A stretch of 61,452 nt of DNA, from the IMG/VR virus record IMGVR_UViG_3300045996_001309, positions 1 through 61,452 of that record; one strand, given 5' to 3'. Position numbers and translations under genes: made by a program. This DNA comes from a virus. Taxonomy: Duplodnaviria > Caudoviricetes. A model generated the notes under the pieces. That model was not told the origin of the DNA and did not search any database. It saw nothing but the letters and a program-made list of their open reading frames with translations. Every line of letters starts with the position of its first letter. The stretch's first letter is position 1. Shown in pieces: positions 35,786 to 45,352 of this stretch.

Positions 35786-35817
35786 GCGCGGCAGCAATGC
35801 CGCGCATATAGGAGCAC
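35786..35817 (+). repeat. Hairpin+RBS element, copy 2
   Basis: 28 of 32 bases identical to copy 1. Confidence 0.8.
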
Positions 35818-35823
35818 TCTAAC

Positions 35824-36039
35824 ATGACGCCAGAAACTCTACGCCGGGTAGGCGAGGCTCTTTACGGCGAACGCTGGCAAACGGCGCTTGCCTCGGATCT
35901 CGGCGTTGCTGATCGCACGATGCGACGCTGGCTCTCTGGCGCCAGCCCAGTCCCGGCCGGGATCAGCGACGAGTTGAGGCAAGCGGCCGAGAAGCGCTTG
36001 GAAAACCTACAGAAAATCGTCAAGGATCTACGCCATTAA
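35824..36039 (+). CDS. HTH transcriptional regulator
   Basis: WQTALASDLGVADRTMRRW. Confidence 0.85.
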   Translation: MTPETLRRVGEALYGERWQTALASDLGVADRTMRRWLSGASPVPAGISDELRQAAEKRLENLQKIVKDLRH

Positions 36040-36049
36040 AAAAAATGCA

Positions 36050-36097
36050 TGCACGGTGCATTTTCTCATTGACACCACGCTGCACCGTGCGTACATT
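36050..36097 (+). promoter_or_regulatory. sigma70-type promoter P2 with a TGCAC(G/C)GTGC(A/G) operator pair
   Basis: TTGACA(36069)-N17-TACATT. Near-palindromes at 36050-36060 and 36081-36091. Confidence 0.78.
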
Positions 36098-36263
36098 TCT
36101 CATCACAAGACGGGCTTCCCCAGCCCAGCCAACATAGGCAGAACGCGGGGCGCGGACACAGAAGAACCCGCGACATCGCCCAAACGAAACGGGCGGAACC
36201 GGCCTAGCCGGGGGAGATTGTCCGTCGGTAAAAGTCCGACGCTTGAAGAGCAGGAGCGAAACA

Positions 36264-36467
36264 ATGCAAACGAAAACAGCGGACAGCATCCGCCGGTTGA
36301 TGGATCTTGAATACGCCAGAACGAAATCGCTGCACTCCATCGTAGTGGAGAGTCAGACAGACGATGGTGAATGGATAGAAAGCCTTCACTCAAACGAGAG
36401 ATCCGCAGCGGACTTTGAAAGACGCATGCAAAAGAAAGAAGTCCCGACACGGAGAAAGGCCGCCTAG
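36264..36467 (+). CDS. Hypothetical early protein
   Basis: AGGAG RBS. Confidence 0.6.
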   Translation: MQTKTADSIRRLMDLEYARTKSLHSIVVESQTDDGEWIESLHSNERSAADFERRMQKKEVPTRRKAA

Positions 36468-36505
36468 CGCGGCCTTCCCTACACACTCAGGGAGGAGAGA
36501 GACAG

Positions 36506-36715
36506 ATGAACAAGACCCTCAGAGTGCATGTCCCTGGCATCTACCGTGTGACCTTGAGCGGCGACCGTTTCGGTCAAATCAAGCGGGACGGACGCGAGTG
36601 GATTGCAGAGGTGCGCGACACAAACACCGGCACGCTTATGCGATTCGCCGGGCTGTGGAAGACCCGGAAAGACGCTTTCGAGGAATTGGTTACGATCAAC
36701 CCTCTGGACTTGTAA
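36506..36715 (+). CDS. Hypothetical early protein
   Basis: GGAGG RBS. Confidence 0.65.
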   Translation: MNKTLRVHVPGIYRVTLSGDRFGQIKRDGREWIAEVRDTNTGTLMRFAGLWKTRKDAFEELVTINPLDL

Positions 36716-36738
36716 TCACCCCAGAAACAGGAGCCGAA

Positions 36739-37002
36739 ATGCCCAAACTCACCAAGACCGAGCAAAAGATCCTCAACCACATGCTCGCGAGATATGGCCG
36801 CTACAGCGCCACCAGAAGCCTGGGTAACGGCCCAAAAGGGGGGTGGCGCAAGAGCGGACAGCGCGAGTTCTATGCCTGCATGAACCTCGTCAAAAAGGGG
36901 CTGGCGATACAGATCGGAGATCTCTACCGCCATACGATCTACGCCCACGGCTGGGGAGAGCACTGCACCGAGATCAGCATCAAACTGCCTGAGACTAACT
37001 AA
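36739..37002 (+). CDS. Hypothetical early protein
   Basis: AGGAG RBS. Confidence 0.65.
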   Translation: MPKLTKTEQKILNHMLARYGRYSATRSLGNGPKGGWRKSGQREFYACMNLVKKGLAIQIGDLYRHTIYAHGWGEHCTEISIKLPETN

Positions 37003-37304
37003 TGACGAAAACAGCAGCCAAACTGAGAACTCAGAAGATAACAAGCAGCGATTACGAAGCTCTAATCATACAAGCTCGCGAATTCGTACCGCCGACAATC
37101 CGCGTTGATATGTACCGCCACGAAAGCGTCACCGATTGGACGTTCTGGCCCTTTGATGAAAAAGAGCAAATCGGTTGCGCGGTACGAGAAACTCGGCATT
37201 CAATGCCGTGGCGCGGTACACGCATGAATCGCGACATGCCGTATGCAGAACAGCGCTTTATCTCAATGGATAAAGCGCTGCAATTCGCAGCATCACGCAA
37301 ATAA
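37002..37304 (+). CDS. Hypothetical early protein
   Basis: TAATG stop/start coupling. Confidence 0.6.
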   Translation: MTKTAAKLRTQKITSSDYEALIIQAREFVPPTIRVDMYRHESVTDWTFWPFDEKEQIGCAVRETRHSMPWRGTRMNRDMPYAEQRFISMDKALQFAASRK

Positions 37305-37317
37305 AGGAGAAGCCGAA

Positions 37318-37608
37318 ATGAAAAAACCCGTCAATATTACAGTGGGCGACCGGGTCGCCTGTTCAGCCTCATGGTTGAGGAGGATAGGAAATATTGGAGA
37401 ACTCCCATTCCTTCGTGGCACGGTGCTCCAGATAATCCCATTCGGCGATAACTCACTTTGCTGCATCGAGTGGGACAACTACCCGCCGCACCCTATTCGC
37501 GACGATGACGACACGCACGACGCCGAGCATCCTGGCCTATACCGCGTGCTCGATGCTAACCTGACGCTCATGAATCGCATCGCGATAGATGCGGAGCTAG
37601 CGTCATGA
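37318..37608 (+). CDS. Hypothetical protein (SH3/KOW-like)
   Basis: AAGGAG RBS and a VGDRV...GTV...IEWD pattern. Confidence 0.6.
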   Translation: MKKPVNITVGDRVACSASWLRRIGNIGELPFLRGTVLQIIPFGDNSLCCIEWDNYPPHPIRDDDDTHDAEHPGLYRVLDANLTLMNRIAIDAELAS

Positions 37609-37844
37609 CCTCCTCCCAACTACGCGCCGCGCTCGACCATCTCGGCGTGTCACAACGATGGCTCGCGTCCCGCTTGGGACGCGCGGCCACCACAATCCAA
37701 CGGCAGTGCAAGGGAGAGTGGCCCATCACCGCTGACGTATCGTTCGCGATAGAGCTGCTCAAGCGGCTATCGCCGGATCAGCTCGCCGCCGTGGTTGATG
37801 ACCCGGTGGCACGGAACGCCTCAAAGGGGCGGCCGGCGGCCTAA
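37605..37844 (+). CDS. HTH transcriptional regulator
   Basis: LGVSQRWLASRLGRAATTIQR. Confidence 0.8.
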   Translation: MTSSQLRAALDHLGVSQRWLASRLGRAATTIQRQCKGEWPITADVSFAIELLKRLSPDQLAAVVDDPVARNASKGRPAA

Positions 37845-37898
37845 TCCAAACGCAAATAACGCACCGTAGCATAATCGGAACATATCTCTGACAGACTG

Positions 37899-38483
37899 TC
37901 AAGCACCTTTTTTCGGCCCGCGTGCAAAATGCGCGACAAGCACTTCCAGCGTGGCGCGCAGCACGCCGGCCGCCTCGTGATCATTGATGCGCCGGCCGCT
38001 CCACCGTAGATTCCGCGCCCAGGTCGATATCGCCATTTCGCCCCCGATGACCGACTCGGCGCACGACGCGAGCAGCGAGCCACGCTTGCTGCCCAACATG
38101 ACAAGGATCGCGTTCACCTGCCGCTTGGCGATCTCGCACCCAGGCTGCCAGCGTACAGCACCCGGTATCCGCTCATCGAACGAGGCAGCCCGCAGCGGGT
38201 CCAGAAACGCGATCCGGTACAGCCGGCGAAATTCATTGCCCGCATCAAGTTCCGCTTCGCTGATCGTCCCGTGACGCGCTAACCGCTCCAATGGCAGCTC
38301 CCCCCGCCACGGCACGCTAATAGCGCCGCGACTATCCTTGGTCTGCTCGGTGTCGCGTGTCACCCGGCCGTGCTGCTCGCGCTCTCGCGGCGGCCCCTCT
38401 ACGCTCGCCTCGCGGCGCTCGCGCTCGATGAGCGTGGCGAGCGGGCCAAACTCGGCAGCAACGCGCTGGCGTTTGCGGTTCAT
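37899..38483 (-). CDS. Putative late-gene activator/antiterminator (DUF6456-like)
   Basis: PLERLARHGTIS..E.DAG..F and a LRATLEVLVAHF C-terminus. Last gene of the replication operon. Confidence 0.65.
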   Translation of the reverse strand: MNRKRQRVAAEFGPLATLIERERREASVEGPPREREQHGRVTRDTEQTKDSRGAISVPWRGELPLERLARHGTISEAELDAGNEFRRLYRIAFLDPLRAASFDERIPGAVRWQPGCEIAKRQVNAILVMLGSKRGSLLASCAESVIGGEMAISTWARNLRWSGRRINDHEAAGVLRATLEVLVAHFARGPKKGA

Positions 38484-38890
38484 TTTGCGGAAATCGCCGC
38501 TAGCGGTGTAGCATCGGGGGTTTTATCGCCTTCAGGGAGTTTATGGGGCTGGACATCGTCGCCACCCCCTTCACCCCCTGTTTTGCCCCCTACGCCACGG
38601 AACTCTGACCACTTCCGTTTCCCAATCGGAGCCGCAGCTCCTTCAGCAATGGTCAATTGCGCCATTTGTGCTAGCGATCGATAGGTTATGCAACCTGCGA
38701 TACCCGCCGTATAAACCTGTACCGGCTGATCTGGTGCGCCGACCGAAATCAAATCACGCGCAAGCTCGAATGGAGCCCCGCTCCGTGACCGTGCGGAGCA
38801 CGTCGCCCCGTTCACGATTGTCTCGGCAATCCACGCTGAACCGCGACCGGTCCGGCTATCGGGATCAATCCGCTGATGAAACACGAGCAC
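38480..38890 (-). CDS. Hypothetical protein
   Basis: ORF coupled to its neighbour. Confidence 0.5.
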   Translation of the reverse strand: MLVFHQRIDPDSRTGRGSAWIAETIVNGATCSARSRSGAPFELARDLISVGAPDQPVQVYTAGIAGCITYRSLAQMAQLTIAEGAAAPIGKRKWSEFRGVGGKTGGEGGGDDVQPHKLPEGDKTPDATPLAAISAK

Positions 38891-39257
38891 TAGGCTTCTC
38901 CATTGATTGCTGCACGATTACCGCCACCAGATCACCGGCACACAGGCCACAAATCGCAGCACCACCGATCCGCCGACACTTCCGCCCCGGCCACAGGTGC
39001 AGCCTGTATGCCAGCTCTGGGCATTGCGCCGCAGCCGCGCGCAGCCTGTCGCGCTCGGCAATAGCCCTGGCACAGCCCGTCACCGCATATCTCCCAAGGA
39101 AATATTCGCGTAACCCCGGCCAACCCATTTGTTGCCATCCATCAGATTGTAGATTGCCGCGTTGTTAGCTTTCGGTATAAAAACAACGCTTTGCATTCGC
39201 GCATCCTCAACCGCCTCCGACGAGTAACCATACGGTTCAGAGTGCAAGTATCTCGAA

Positions 39258-39629
39258 TTACGCGCCATCATCGTCCGCCTGTTCAGCCGGCTCGCCCGCC
39301 TCAAGCAGCCCAAGCTCGATAAACGCAGCCCGCACCATACAGCAGCCAGCCCACGCGTAGTCGCGCTCGCGACACCCAGCGGCATTGGAGCATTTTACAA
39401 TCCCTGGCGCTGCCGCGAGGACACGACCCCTCCAGTCCAGCAACTCTTGTACTTCTTGTTTAGTAGCGCGAGCATCAAGTTCAACGTGAAGCCGTTCAAC
39501 TTCCGCAGCAAGCAACCGGGCCGCCGACAGCGCCAACGCCTCGTCCATCGACGCACTCTCCCGGTCAGCCGGCCGCGCCGCGACCCACGCCAGCGCGTCG
39601 GCGATTCCCCGACTCATCGCGGCAACCAC
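39258..39629 (-). CDS. Hypothetical protein
   Basis: ORF in the operon direction. Confidence 0.5.
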   Translation of the reverse strand: MVAAMSRGIADALAWVAARPADRESASMDEALALSAARLLAAEVERLHVELDARATKQEVQELLDWRGRVLAAAPGIVKCSNAAGCRERDYAWAGCCMVRAAFIELGLLEAGEPAEQADDDGA

Positions 39630-39640
39630 GTCGAGATTTC

Positions 39641-40115
39641 CGAGACGCCCGAGACGCGATTCGATGGCGCGAAAAACTCTTTTCTATATAGAGCCCTTTT
39701 TATACCCCCCCTCCTTTCCTCTCCCCCTCTCTCTTTTATATATTTTCTACTTTTATAAGAAAGATAGCGTCTCATTGCGTCTCACTCCTATCAAGCAATT
39801 GATTTCGTTCGATATTCATGATCGGAACATCGAGGCTCAAACCCGTCTCAACAGCGTCTCGTTCACCCCTTGATCGCGTCTCAAGTGACCTCCACGACCT
39901 CATCCGGCGAAGATCGACCCGTCCTGACGGACCCTTCCCGAACCATCCGAAATTCTCATCGCGTCTCACTTTCGACCCCTGATCGCGGCTTTTGAGCCGC
40001 GATGGCCGGTTTTTGAGCCGCGATACAATCTCCGATATTCTCATTTTTTCTCTCCTGAGACGCGATCGTTTTGGGCCTTTTTGAGACGCGATGAGACGCG
40101 ATGAGACGCGTCTCA
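39641..40115. repeat. Iteron-like array (TGAGACGCGAT) with an AT-rich tract; candidate replication origin
   Basis: About 14 exact or near copies in both orientations, including a tandem triplet at 40082-40115. AT/pyrimidine-rich tract at ~39672-39765. Confidence 0.78.
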
Positions 40116-42491
40116 ATGCACCCACCACGGTTCTTTTCGCTCCTCGTCACGCTGCAACGGGGCGTCATTCAGGTCCACTCCGCGAGGCTTCGCCTGCGTT
40201 ACTGGCTTAATCCGTATCCCCTCATACATTCTTTTTTGAGCACCATTATCATCCCTTGGCCTCGTTAAATGAAGCCCTGGCATAACCGCCCGCAGGTTCC
40301 TCCCGAATATCTGTTTCGTCCCCGGCTTGTCCCTTCCCTGCTCCTCACACCACCAACACCATACCTTGTAAACATCATCTATTGATGCCGTATACCCATT
40401 TCCTAATTCACATCGATCACGCAAGAAAGAGCTGATGGGGCTCCCCAAATCAGCAAAGTCCTGTGATATCTCATTAGCCGATTCAGGCTGAACAAAGTAC
40501 CCGCGCTTATATAGCCTCTTAAGACCCTCGACTCCCCAATTCAGGATACCGGGAAGCTCTTGCAACAATCTCCCCGTCAACTCATTATCTTCGCGCCCAA
40601 GGAACGACTGTTGCAACACCAGAATAACAAACCGGCTGGCGAGCGCACCGCTTGCATCCGCGATACCGGGTAGCTCGTTAGACAAGATCACAAGGCGAAC
40701 TTGAAGCGTCCCGGTCCACGCCTCGCGGTACTTACGCGGTATCGTCAGCATGTCCTCGCCGGTTATCGACAGGACGCGCTCGGCGATAGCTACCTGATCC
40801 ACCCGTCCGGAGAGGCGCGCGTCCGGAATGACGGCGAGGCGTTTTCCGAGCAGCGGCGCGAGGCCGAATTCCTTTTCTAGGCTCGACAGCACGGGAGAGA
40901 CCGCATTCGCGCGCCCGATCAGTTGCGTCAGAACGCGGGCGATCGTGCCCTTGCCCGAGCGGGGCGGCCCGATTAGCAGAAACGCTTTCTGAAACCGGGT
41001 ATCGCCCGTCAGCATCAGACCAAAAATCTCTTGCAGCGTCTCGATCGACGCCGGGTCCGATCCCCACAGTTCATCTAAGAACCGCAGCCACTCCACCGGC
41101 TCGGGCGCAGACGCATCAAACCCGAACTCAAGCGCATTGAGTGTGAAGAGAAGCGGCGAGTGCGGCAGCAGCCGCAGCGTCGGGAGATGCAGCAAGCCGT
41201 TCGTGCAGGCGATCAGCTCCTCCACCGGAACACCCGAGCCACCACCGTCAAGCCAGCATGGAGCGGCCGTAGTGTCGCCGAGATGCGCCACGGCGCGCAG
41301 TGCATCAAGCACGTTGCCAACAAGCTGGCGATCCGGCTTGACCGGGGTTGCCTTTCCTCTATCGTCAAGCTCAGTGCATAGGTCCAGGTAAGCGTAGAGC
41401 TGCGCCCGCAGCGTATCGTCGCTTATCTCGCGATAAGCCGACCCGGACCACGCAAAGAACATCTCGCGGTGATGGCGCAGGGTCATCGCGCACCCGCTCG
41501 TGTAATTGCGGGCAATGAACAACCGCGCGATAAGGTAGGGTGCCTCGGTATCAACGGCATCGCCGACCGGGGCCTCCACGCTCGGCGCCTCCGCAACCAG
41601 CGCTTCCGCAACCAGCGCTTCAAGCGCTTCCCGCGTACCGCCAGCCGCAAACCAATCCGCCACGTCTTCCTTGGGGCCGAGACCGGGCAGCGGCAGCACT
41701 TGGACACGAGCAGCGCCGGCAAGGGAGCGCGCGACGAGCGCGGCGTGATCGATGCCGGGTTTGTCGTTATCGGGCAGGATGATGACGGTGCGGCCGGCAA
41801 AGTGATCCCGAAACTCGGCGGGCCACTTGCCCGCGCCGCCGGGGTTGCACGTTGCGATGAACCCGAGCGCGCGGAGCGCCTCGACGCACTTCTCGCCCTC
41901 CGCGACGAACACTGTGGCGTCGTCAGACGCCAACAGCTCGGGTAGCCGGTACGGCACGAGCCGCACGCCATCCATGCAGCCCTTGTGCTCAAGCCAGCCG
42001 CCGTTACCGTCCGCCTTGCTCTGGGTGAACGTCTTGCGCGGCGCCCACCTGGTTACGCGGTAAAGCGGTGCGCCTTGCTCGTCCTGGTAATCCCAGGTGG
42101 CGACCCTGCGCTGTGGCTCGGTCGGCTTCTCGCGCCCCAGCTCGATCCCGAGCGTGTCGCGCAGCCAGTCGGTCGCGGCGGCAGCCGCCATCCCGCCCTC
42201 GATGGCGAGCATTTGCATCAGCCCGCCGCCAACCTTGCGCTCGAAATTGTAGTAGGCGCCCGCCTTTGCCCCGGCGATCTGCACCGACACGCTGCCGTTA
42301 GCGCCCCAGCGCAGCTCGTCGACGCTCGATAGCGTCGGGTTTTCCATTCCGAGCAGCGCTCGCGCAATCTCGACGGCGCGCCCGTTGAGTGAGCGCAGTG
42401 CCGCCTCCGAGACCCGCCCCTTGCGAGGCGTTTGCGCTACGGCTTGCGCCTCGTGCTGCTCCGGAGCGTCGTTGAGGTCAATCATCGGCAC
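40113..42491 (-). CDS. Primase-helicase (TOPRIM + D5/P4-family SF3 helicase)
   Basis: VFVAEGEK and PDND.PG TOPRIM motifs, GPPRSGKGT Walker A, and a C-terminal winged helix. Confidence 0.92.
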   Translation of the reverse strand: MPMIDLNDAPEQHEAQAVAQTPRKGRVSEAALRSLNGRAVEIARALLGMENPTLSSVDELRWGANGSVSVQIAGAKAGAYYNFERKVGGGLMQMLAIEGGMAAAAATDWLRDTLGIELGREKPTEPQRRVATWDYQDEQGAPLYRVTRWAPRKTFTQSKADGNGGWLEHKGCMDGVRLVPYRLPELLASDDATVFVAEGEKCVEALRALGFIATCNPGGAGKWPAEFRDHFAGRTVIILPDNDKPGIDHAALVARSLAGAARVQVLPLPGLGPKEDVADWFAAGGTREALEALVAEALVAEAPSVEAPVGDAVDTEAPYLIARLFIARNYTSGCAMTLRHHREMFFAWSGSAYREISDDTLRAQLYAYLDLCTELDDRGKATPVKPDRQLVGNVLDALRAVAHLGDTTAAPCWLDGGGSGVPVEELIACTNGLLHLPTLRLLPHSPLLFTLNALEFGFDASAPEPVEWLRFLDELWGSDPASIETLQEIFGLMLTGDTRFQKAFLLIGPPRSGKGTIARVLTQLIGRANAVSPVLSSLEKEFGLAPLLGKRLAVIPDARLSGRVDQVAIAERVLSITGEDMLTIPRKYREAWTGTLQVRLVILSNELPGIADASGALASRFVILVLQQSFLGREDNELTGRLLQELPGILNWGVEGLKRLYKRGYFVQPESANEISQDFADLGSPISSFLRDRCELGNGYTASIDDVYKVWCWWCEEQGRDKPGTKQIFGRNLRAVMPGLHLTRPRDDNGAQKRMYEGIRIKPVTQAKPRGVDLNDAPLQRDEERKEPWWVH

Positions 42492-43248
42492 CGCCGGCGT
42501 GGCACGTCTCGGCGTAGTCGCAAAAGCGACACCGCCAGAAATCAGGCGTCTCGCTGATACGCGGCGGCAGCGGCCCGTTGTCGGAACTCAGGACCGCAAC
42601 GGCGCGATCCGAGACGCGTTGCGCCTCAGCAAGATCAAACGGAACGACGTTCCACCACAATTCCTCAGTATCTGCGTTCTCCGCTCCAAACAGGCAGTGC
42701 GCAAAGTCTAAATAACCCATATAAAGATTTATCTGCGAATAGTACGTAGGCTTGCTCTCCTTGAGTCCCTTCTTTCGCAGGTCATTCCACGACTTATTGT
42801 TCAGGCACTTCAATTCCAACAGAAGCGGATACGGCAATGGTCGCGGACCCGCCGTCACGGCACCGTCGATATGCCCGGCTATACGCCCCCCGGCTTGGCT
42901 GAACCCGATCTGCCCGCCGTCCTTGCCACGATCCACGACGGTAAAGCCGGCGCGGCGCAGCCAGCGCACGAGCCTCTCCTCTGCGGCGTGACCGCGCGCC
43001 CAGATACGGCGCATGCGCCCCTCTGGGGGCTTAGCGGCGGCGCCGCGATACTGATAGACGATGCGACGCAAGCACGGCTCGCCGAGCATCGATGCGCCGA
43101 GATAGGTGCGCGCCGGGCGGCCCGCTTCTTCAGCGGCCAACCCTTCGTCGATCAGAGCGTTGATCTCGCCTGATATGTCAGTGGCGCCACCCGCTGTAAA
43201 AGACGGCCCCACGAGGGGGCCGCTTCCTGAGTTCAGATCGATCGCCAT
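42478..43248 (-). CDS. Cas4-like PD-(D/E)XK exonuclease
   Basis: YLGAS..G.PC.R, GHIDG, LELK, Q...YM and CRFCDY...C motifs. Confidence 0.88.
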   Translation of the reverse strand: MAIDLNSGSGPLVGPSFTAGGATDISGEINALIDEGLAAEEAGRPARTYLGASMLGEPCLRRIVYQYRGAAAKPPEGRMRRIWARGHAAEERLVRWLRRAGFTVVDRGKDGGQIGFSQAGGRIAGHIDGAVTAGPRPLPYPLLLELKCLNNKSWNDLRKKGLKESKPTYYSQINLYMGYLDFAHCLFGAENADTEELWWNVVPFDLAEAQRVSDRAVAVLSSDNGPLPPRISETPDFWRCRFCDYAETCHAGGADD

Positions 43249-43610
43249 CAGAACGGTATCCCGTCCGACTTGGTTTGTTCTTGCATGCTGTCGCGACAGC
43301 CGTTCCAGATAGCCTCGATAACACCGTCCATTTCCGCTGGAGTGGCGTCGTTAAACGCATCGGCTCTGCCGATCTTGACAAGCTGCTCATAGAGGCGCAC
43401 ACGCGCGGCCTTGATCGCCTTGCGCTCCATCTGGGTCAGATTTTCAGTCATGCAATCCTGTCCTCCCCAGTCGTCAAGCAAGACGGCCAGGGCATCGTTG
43501 CAGGGATACGAGCAAGCCCGGCGTGTGTGCCGCCCGGGCGCGGAGTCAAAGACTCTCGCCTCACGGCCACACACCGGGCAGGGCCATGCTCTGCGGGGCC
43601 TATATCGCAT
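43248..43610 (-). CDS. Hypothetical protein (DUF6511-like)
   Basis: CPVC...CS..C and an IPF C-terminus. Confidence 0.6.
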   Translation of the reverse strand: MRYRPRRAWPCPVCGREARVFDSAPGRHTRRACSYPCNDALAVLLDDWGGQDCMTENLTQMERKAIKAARVRLYEQLVKIGRADAFNDATPAEMDGVIEAIWNGCRDSMQEQTKSDGIPF

Positions 43611-43660
43611 CGAGCATGCCCCGTGCGGGGGTTGCTAGGGTCTAGGAAACCCTGGCAACC

Positions 43661-44329
43661 CTACCCTTGCGCCCAAAGTGGACGCGTTCCGGCCGCTGGC
43701 GCAGAGGCGGGTTGAGCCGCCCCGTTACCCCACGCCGGACGGCTCTGCTGTGGAGCAGCAGTCGATCGCGCAGCAACCGGACCACTCGGCCGAGCCTCCA
43801 CTTCCTGGCCCGCCATAAGCGGTTGCCACTCCGGTTCGTTTGGCACGACGACGTGCGCTATCCGGTTCTTGTCGGGATATGTGCCGGTTCCCTTTTCGAT
43901 GCCGATCCGGGCCGCAAACTCGATGCCGTCGAGATCCGAAAGGCCGCGCAGCTTTCGCTTCGCCTTGGTCTCTTCGCTCATGTCTTTCGGGTCAAGCCCG
44001 AGTGCGCTATCGACCATCGCGCGAAACATCGCCTTACTGATATTCCCCGACTTAGAGTTCCCCTTTTCGTCAACCTGCCCACCCGCCACGCTGGTGTTCT
44101 GGAATACGTGCCTCCGAGCGTATGGGCCGCTCAGCACTACGAAATCCCACTGGAGCATAACGACATCGGAAGTCGCGCTCTGCCGGTACAGCCCGGCGTC
44201 AACAGGGTCGGCGTCAACAAGATTGTGGCCGCCCGGCTTCAGCGCAGCCTTCACTTTAACAAACGTCCCGTCTGGGATCAAGGCTCCCACGTCACGCTGT
44301 TCCGATACGTCGTTCAGATCGATAGTCAT
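43661..44329 (-). CDS. Single-stranded DNA-binding protein (Sak4-associated)
   Basis: LIPDGT...V.SGPYARR...DKNRI fold with a flexible tail ending P.W. Confidence 0.75.
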   Translation of the reverse strand: MTIDLNDVSEQRDVGALIPDGTFVKVKAALKPGGHNLVDADPVDAGLYRQSATSDVVMLQWDFVVLSGPYARRHVFQNTSVAGGQVDEKGNSKSGNISKAMFRAMVDSALGLDPKDMSEETKAKRKLRGLSDLDGIEFAARIGIEKGTGTYPDKNRIAHVVVPNEPEWQPLMAGQEVEARPSGPVAARSTAAPQQSRPAWGNGAAQPASAPAAGTRPLWAQG

Positions 44330-44343
44330 AGCACAATTCTCCT

Positions 44344-45213
44344 TTATGCGCTCTGTGGTAGTGATGTTGTGAGCCGCTCGGCCACTGATCGAGATGGCCG
44401 ATTGATCTTTTCAATCAGTCTCCCGAGATGCGGCTCCTCGATCATTTCGAGATTGCCGGACCTATCCTTAGCAGGCAGCCCCCACGAGTTTGGAGAGCGG
44501 CAAACAAGCGCGCGATGCTCCCCCTTCCCCGGCGCGTGTTGCCAGCCGGCATCCCCAAGGTCAAACATGGACATCGAAACTACTTGATCCACGACAAAGG
44601 GCAGCTCTGCCCCTGTCTTTGCCCCTTCTGTTTGCGGCTCCCATGTCTCGCGTCCGAAATCGTCGGTCTTACGATCGAGACCGCCGACAAAGATCGCGTT
44701 CTTGCCCGGAGCGTGCTGAATATGCTTCAACAGCCGGATCATCTCGCGACCCATCAGCCCATACGCGCCGCGTATATCGGGCTTGCCGCTGCGTTCGCTG
44801 AAGGCGGCCGGTTGCCTTTCCGCCCACGCCATGCAAAGCCGCGTTAAATCGGAAATCGAGTCCACGAACACAGTTCGATATCGCGTCACATCGATTGCGG
44901 CGCCGTACTGCCCAGCCACATAGCCATAATGCTGCTCCGAATAGGTATCCTCGGGTGTCCGTGACGGATCGGGTCCGCCGACTAGGCAAGCGATATCGAC
45001 AGCATCGAGCCATGACCGGATCGGGATACTAGCTCCGCGCCACCCTTGAACCGACTTCATGCCGGCCTCCAGGTCCAGGCAAAGCGTGTCGTCCGCCGGC
45101 AACGTGTGCAGCAACGACGTTTTCCCAACACCAGCTAGACCGAAGATCGCCATGGTGACCTTATTAGCGGCTTCACTGAGGCGCTCATCAGCGGTTATCA
45201 ACTTGAGGGCCAT
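44344..45213 (-). CDS. Sak4-like AAA ATPase/recombinase
   Basis: GLAGVGKTS, LDLEAG, FVDSIS and AKDRSG motifs. Confidence 0.88.
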   Translation of the reverse strand: MALKLITADERLSEAANKVTMAIFGLAGVGKTSLLHTLPADDTLCLDLEAGMKSVQGWRGASIPIRSWLDAVDIACLVGGPDPSRTPEDTYSEQHYGYVAGQYGAAIDVTRYRTVFVDSISDLTRLCMAWAERQPAAFSERSGKPDIRGAYGLMGREMIRLLKHIQHAPGKNAIFVGGLDRKTDDFGRETWEPQTEGAKTGAELPFVVDQVVSMSMFDLGDAGWQHAPGKGEHRALVCRSPNSWGLPAKDRSGNLEMIEEPHLGRLIEKINRPSRSVAERLTTSLPQSA

Positions 45214-45352
45214 AGCGGCACCTCCACAGGAACAATCATCTCACTCTCCGTTTGCGCTTCTCGCATTTTGCGCTAAAGAGTAACCAGGGCCGGCGCACCG
45301 GAGAGAGAAAACCGTTGACAGTCTTACGAGCTGCCACGACCCTGGCCTGTAT

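Noticed and set aside
37861-37902. Late promoter downstream of the putative activator
   Set aside because: TTGACA and TATGCT are present on the minus strand, but the spacing (~23 nt) is non-canonical, so I cannot support it.
39641-40115. CRISPR array, or the 39772..40128 ORF as a real gene
   Set aside because: The repeats are ~11 bp, irregularly spaced and in both orientations. The ORF is low-complexity read-through of the repeats.
42478-43248. CRISPR-Cas system (Cas4)
   Set aside because: It is a solo Cas4-like nuclease in a standard Sak4/SSB recombination module. There is no array and there are no other cas genes.
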